From Planctomycetota bacterium (GTDB taxonomy: Bacteria; Planctomycetota; UBA1135; JAKEFM01): 64,000 nucleotides of DNA. A program made the translations under genes and the position numbers. Every line of letters starts with the position of its first letter. Position 1 is the first letter of the stretch. The notes under the pieces were generated by a model. It was not told the DNA's origin and ran no database searches. It saw only the letters and a program-made list of their open reading frames with translations. This document shows, piece by piece, positions 61,587-64,000 of this stretch. Location of the stretch: the NCBI GenBank assembly GCA_022616055.1, contig JAKEFM010000212.1, positions 18,228 through 82,227 on the forward strand, in the 5' to 3' direction.

Positions 61587-61753
61587 CGGAGCCGTACTCT
61601 CGCAGATGTCCTCCCCGTGCGCACGGAGGGCGCGGCGGGCTTTACGGCCCACGGATCCCGTGTTAAACGGAAAGGAACTCGTCGGAGGCTTCGCGTCGCC
61701 GTTCGGGCACGAATCGGGACGCGGCCGCTCGCCGGGGAAACGCCGGGGCAAGA

Positions 61754-63016
61754 ATGGACGGAGACGCAGATCGAGAGACCCTCGTCGGGAGGCTGGAGCG
61801 CATCCTGCGCCGGCTCGGGCACGATCCCTGCGCCTTCTCCTTCCTCGCCTACACGGGAAGCCTCGGCGGCGACTTCAACCGCCACGTCCGCGCGCGCTGC
61901 GCGGTCCGGCCCCTCCTCCTGCCGGACGGCTGGACGAACCGCGACGAGCCCGATCCGGGCGCCCCGCTCGGCCTCGCCGAGTTCACCCTCGCCGGCCGGA
62001 CGGGCTACCTCTACGCGGACTTCGTCCCCGACTCCCTCGGGCCGAGCCTCCTCGTCGTCGCCGCGGCGCCGCGCGGGCCCTGGGTCGAGGACCTCCGGAC
62101 CGAGTTCCTGCGGGCCCGCGCGCGCTCCTTCGAGGGGAGCCGCTTCGCCTACAAGAACGGCTGCTGGACGCGCTTCGAGCCGGAGCCGGCGCGCTTCGCC
62201 GACCTCCTCGCCAACCCCGACTTCCTCGAGGACTTCCGCGGGAACGTCGACCACTTCTTCGGCGCGCGGGGCTACTTCGAGAGGAACCGGCTGCCCTACC
62301 GGCGCGGGTTCCTCCTCTGCGGGCCGCCGGGCAACGGCAAGACCCTCCTCCTCCGCGTCCTCGCCCAGGAGTACCCCGCCGTCGCCTTCGTCGTCTTCGG
62401 CGAGGGGCAGCGCAATCCCGACGACGACGACCTCGACGCGTTCTTCGACAACTGCCCGCTCGGCAAGGACACGCCGCGCTTCCTCGTCTTCGAGGACCTC
62501 GACTCCCTCTTCGGCGAGCAGCGGATCTCCCTCTCCCACTTCCTGAACCGCATCGACGGCCTGAAGCCCCTCGCCGGGACCCTCCTCCTCGCGACGACGA
62601 ACCGGCCCGAGGCGGTCGACCCCGCGCTGATCCGCCGCCCGAGCCGGTTCGACCGCGTCTGGCGGCTCGGCGATCCTCCCTACGCGCTGCGGCGGTCCTA
62701 CCTGCTCCGGCTCTTCGGCGAGGAGGCGACGGGTCTGCGCGAGGGGATCGACGCCGCCGCCCGCGACTCCGAGGGGTTCTCCTTCGCGATGATCCGCGAG
62801 GTCTTCCTCTCCGCCGGCGTCCTCGCGCACGCGGCGAAGGCTCCCGCCGTCCACTCCGAGCACCTGCGTCTCGCCGTCGATCGGATGCGGGAGCAGGACG
62901 CCTTCACGCGCCGGCCCGCGGAGCTCTCGCCGGAGCCGGTCGGCTTCCGCGTCGGGGCCGAGGAGCCGGCGGAGACCGCCGCGGGGAAGGGGGCGGAGGC
63001 GCCCCCTCCCGCCTAG
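61754..63016 (+). CDS. BCS1-like classical AAA+ ATPase with a ~190-aa unique N-domain
   Basis: RRGFLLCGPPGNGKT (Walker A), FLVFEDLD (Walker B) and TTNRPEAVDPALIRRPSRFD (SRH/Arg finger). The pre-Walker region FADLLANPDFLEDFRGNVDHFF resembles BCS1-type AAA. Confidence 0.85.
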   Translation: MDGDADRETLVGRLERILRRLGHDPCAFSFLAYTGSLGGDFNRHVRARCAVRPLLLPDGWTNRDEPDPGAPLGLAEFTLAGRTGYLYADFVPDSLGPSLLVVAAAPRGPWVEDLRTEFLRARARSFEGSRFAYKNGCWTRFEPEPARFADLLANPDFLEDFRGNVDHFFGARGYFERNRLPYRRGFLLCGPPGNGKTLLLRVLAQEYPAVAFVVFGEGQRNPDDDDLDAFFDNCPLGKDTPRFLVFEDLDSLFGEQRISLSHFLNRIDGLKPLAGTLLLATTNRPEAVDPALIRRPSRFDRVWRLGDPPYALRRSYLLRLFGEEATGLREGIDAAARDSEGFSFAMIREVFLSAGVLAHAAKAPAVHSEHLRLAVDRMREQDAFTRRPAELSPEPVGFRVGAEEPAETAAGKGAEAPPPA

Positions 63017-63072
63017 GCCCCGGCACCCGTCGAACCGATAGGCCGTCCCGGCGTCGGAGGGAGGGCGCCCAC

Positions 63073-64000
63073 CGGACTCCCCATGCCGACGCCTCTCTCC
63101 GGCCTGGTCTTCCTCGGCCTCCCTCTCCTCGCCGCCGTCGCGGCCCCCCTCGGGTCGCAGGCGGAGTCCCGGCCCGCGGAAGAATCGAGCCGACCCGGGA
63201 TCTACTCCTGCGTCCCCGACCATCCCTGGGAACTCGTCCACCGGGCGCTCTGGGTGCGCACGGAGCCGGACGGGAAGGAGCACGGCGTCGACGACCTCGA
63301 TCCCCTCCTCTGGCCGCAGAGCCGCTACCTCCTCGAGGAGCCGGCCTTCTCCCGCGCGGTCTCCGCGCTCGACGCCTTCCTCGCGACGAACGCCGAGCGC
63401 CTCTTTCCCGATCCGTTGAAGCGCGTCGTCCTCCAGCGCGACCTGTGGGCGATCTTCGACTGGCTCGCGTCGGTCTCTCGGGAGAGCGAGCCGCGCGCGG
63501 CGGAACTCGCCAAGCAAATCGCCCGGGCGATGCGTCGGGTCGCCCTCTCGTCCGAGGAGATCCGCTCGCTCCCCCACAACTACGACGCGGCGGTCGCCTC
63601 CGGCGCTTTCCCGCCCGGGCCGACGGCGGGGGAGAGGAGCGAGCCCTTCCTGGGGCCGGGACTCCTGGACCTCGACGGGTCGTGGGTTCGCCTGGCGCAG
63701 GAAGGCCCGGAGCCTCTCGCACCCTCGCACCTGCACCATGTGGACGGCCGCTCCCTGTTCCTCGTCTGCCTGCGGCTCCCGGGCGGGCGCGAGGCGACCG
63801 TCCAGTACCTCCGGAAGCTGAGGGACTTCCCCGAACCCCTCGTCCACGAAGGGGAGAGGCGTCGGCTGAACCCGAGCCTCCCGCAGTTCCCGCCGGGCAC
63901 GGCCGTGGCCCTCCTCCGGCGGACGCTCGCCATCGACGACCAGGGCCGACTCACCACCACCCCCGTCACGGAAAGCGTCCAGGTCCGGCTCTTTCGCTCG
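63073..64000 (+). CDS. Secreted hypothetical protein, 3'-truncated by the window edge and absent from the supplied ORF track
   Basis: ATG 63073 gives MPTPLSGLVFLGLPLLAAVAAPLGSQA (signal peptide). I read 309 codons to nt 63999 without a stop, with strong GC3 bias. Confidence 0.7.

Overview
This is a gene-dense, high-GC (about 70% by eye) bacterial chromosomal segment. Lipoproteins, an outer-membrane beta-barrel protein and Tat/Sec signals indicate a didermic organism. The phylum cannot be assigned from sequence alone; the DUF1501/DUF1800 pair, TreT and the many peptidases are only suggestive of Acidobacteriota- or Planctomycetota-like genomes. I support about 52 protein-coding genes. I recognised no rRNA, tRNA, CRISPR array, transposase or integrase. 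Because of the GC content, most long ORFs in the track are antisense or out-of-frame artefacts, or 5' over-extensions. True starts were placed by protein motifs, Shine-Dalgarno sequences and the frequent ATGA/GTGA stop-start overlaps.

Ordinary content:
- a partial membrane pyrophosphatase
- acyl-CoA ligase and M20 amidohydrolases
- an NtrC-type regulator divergent from a PAS histidine kinase
- a DPP-IV / DtpT / PepQ / CinA operon
- mscL
- an argF'-type arginine cluster
- glnA, pyrE
- numerous secreted peptidases (S9, M1, M28-PDZ)
- a DUF1800/DUF1501 pair
- two AAA_14/DUF4143 ATPases

Most interesting observations:
1. The central module at 27.0-32.7 kb. A tandem PilZ protein is followed by a transmembrane-sensor/HAMP-fused trehalose-6-phosphate synthase, an LMW-PTP/ArsC-fold phosphatase, a DUF5752-like protein and a TreT trehalose synthase. 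The last four are translationally coupled and there is no HAD-type OtsB.
2. A secreted tandem thioredoxin-fold gene (2008-3033) whose second redox motif is W-UGA-G-W-C, with a SECIS-like hairpin. It is a probable selenoprotein that the ORF track splits in two.
3. A structured, terminator-like leader upstream of glnA.
4. A perfect 22-bp palindrome between the NtrC-like regulator and the kinase.
5. A two-gene patch with atypical codon usage (53.9-57.0 kb).
6. A BCS1-like AAA+ ATPase followed by a signal-peptide ORF that runs off the window and is absent from the ORF track.

All family calls are by-eye motif recognition, not database searches.
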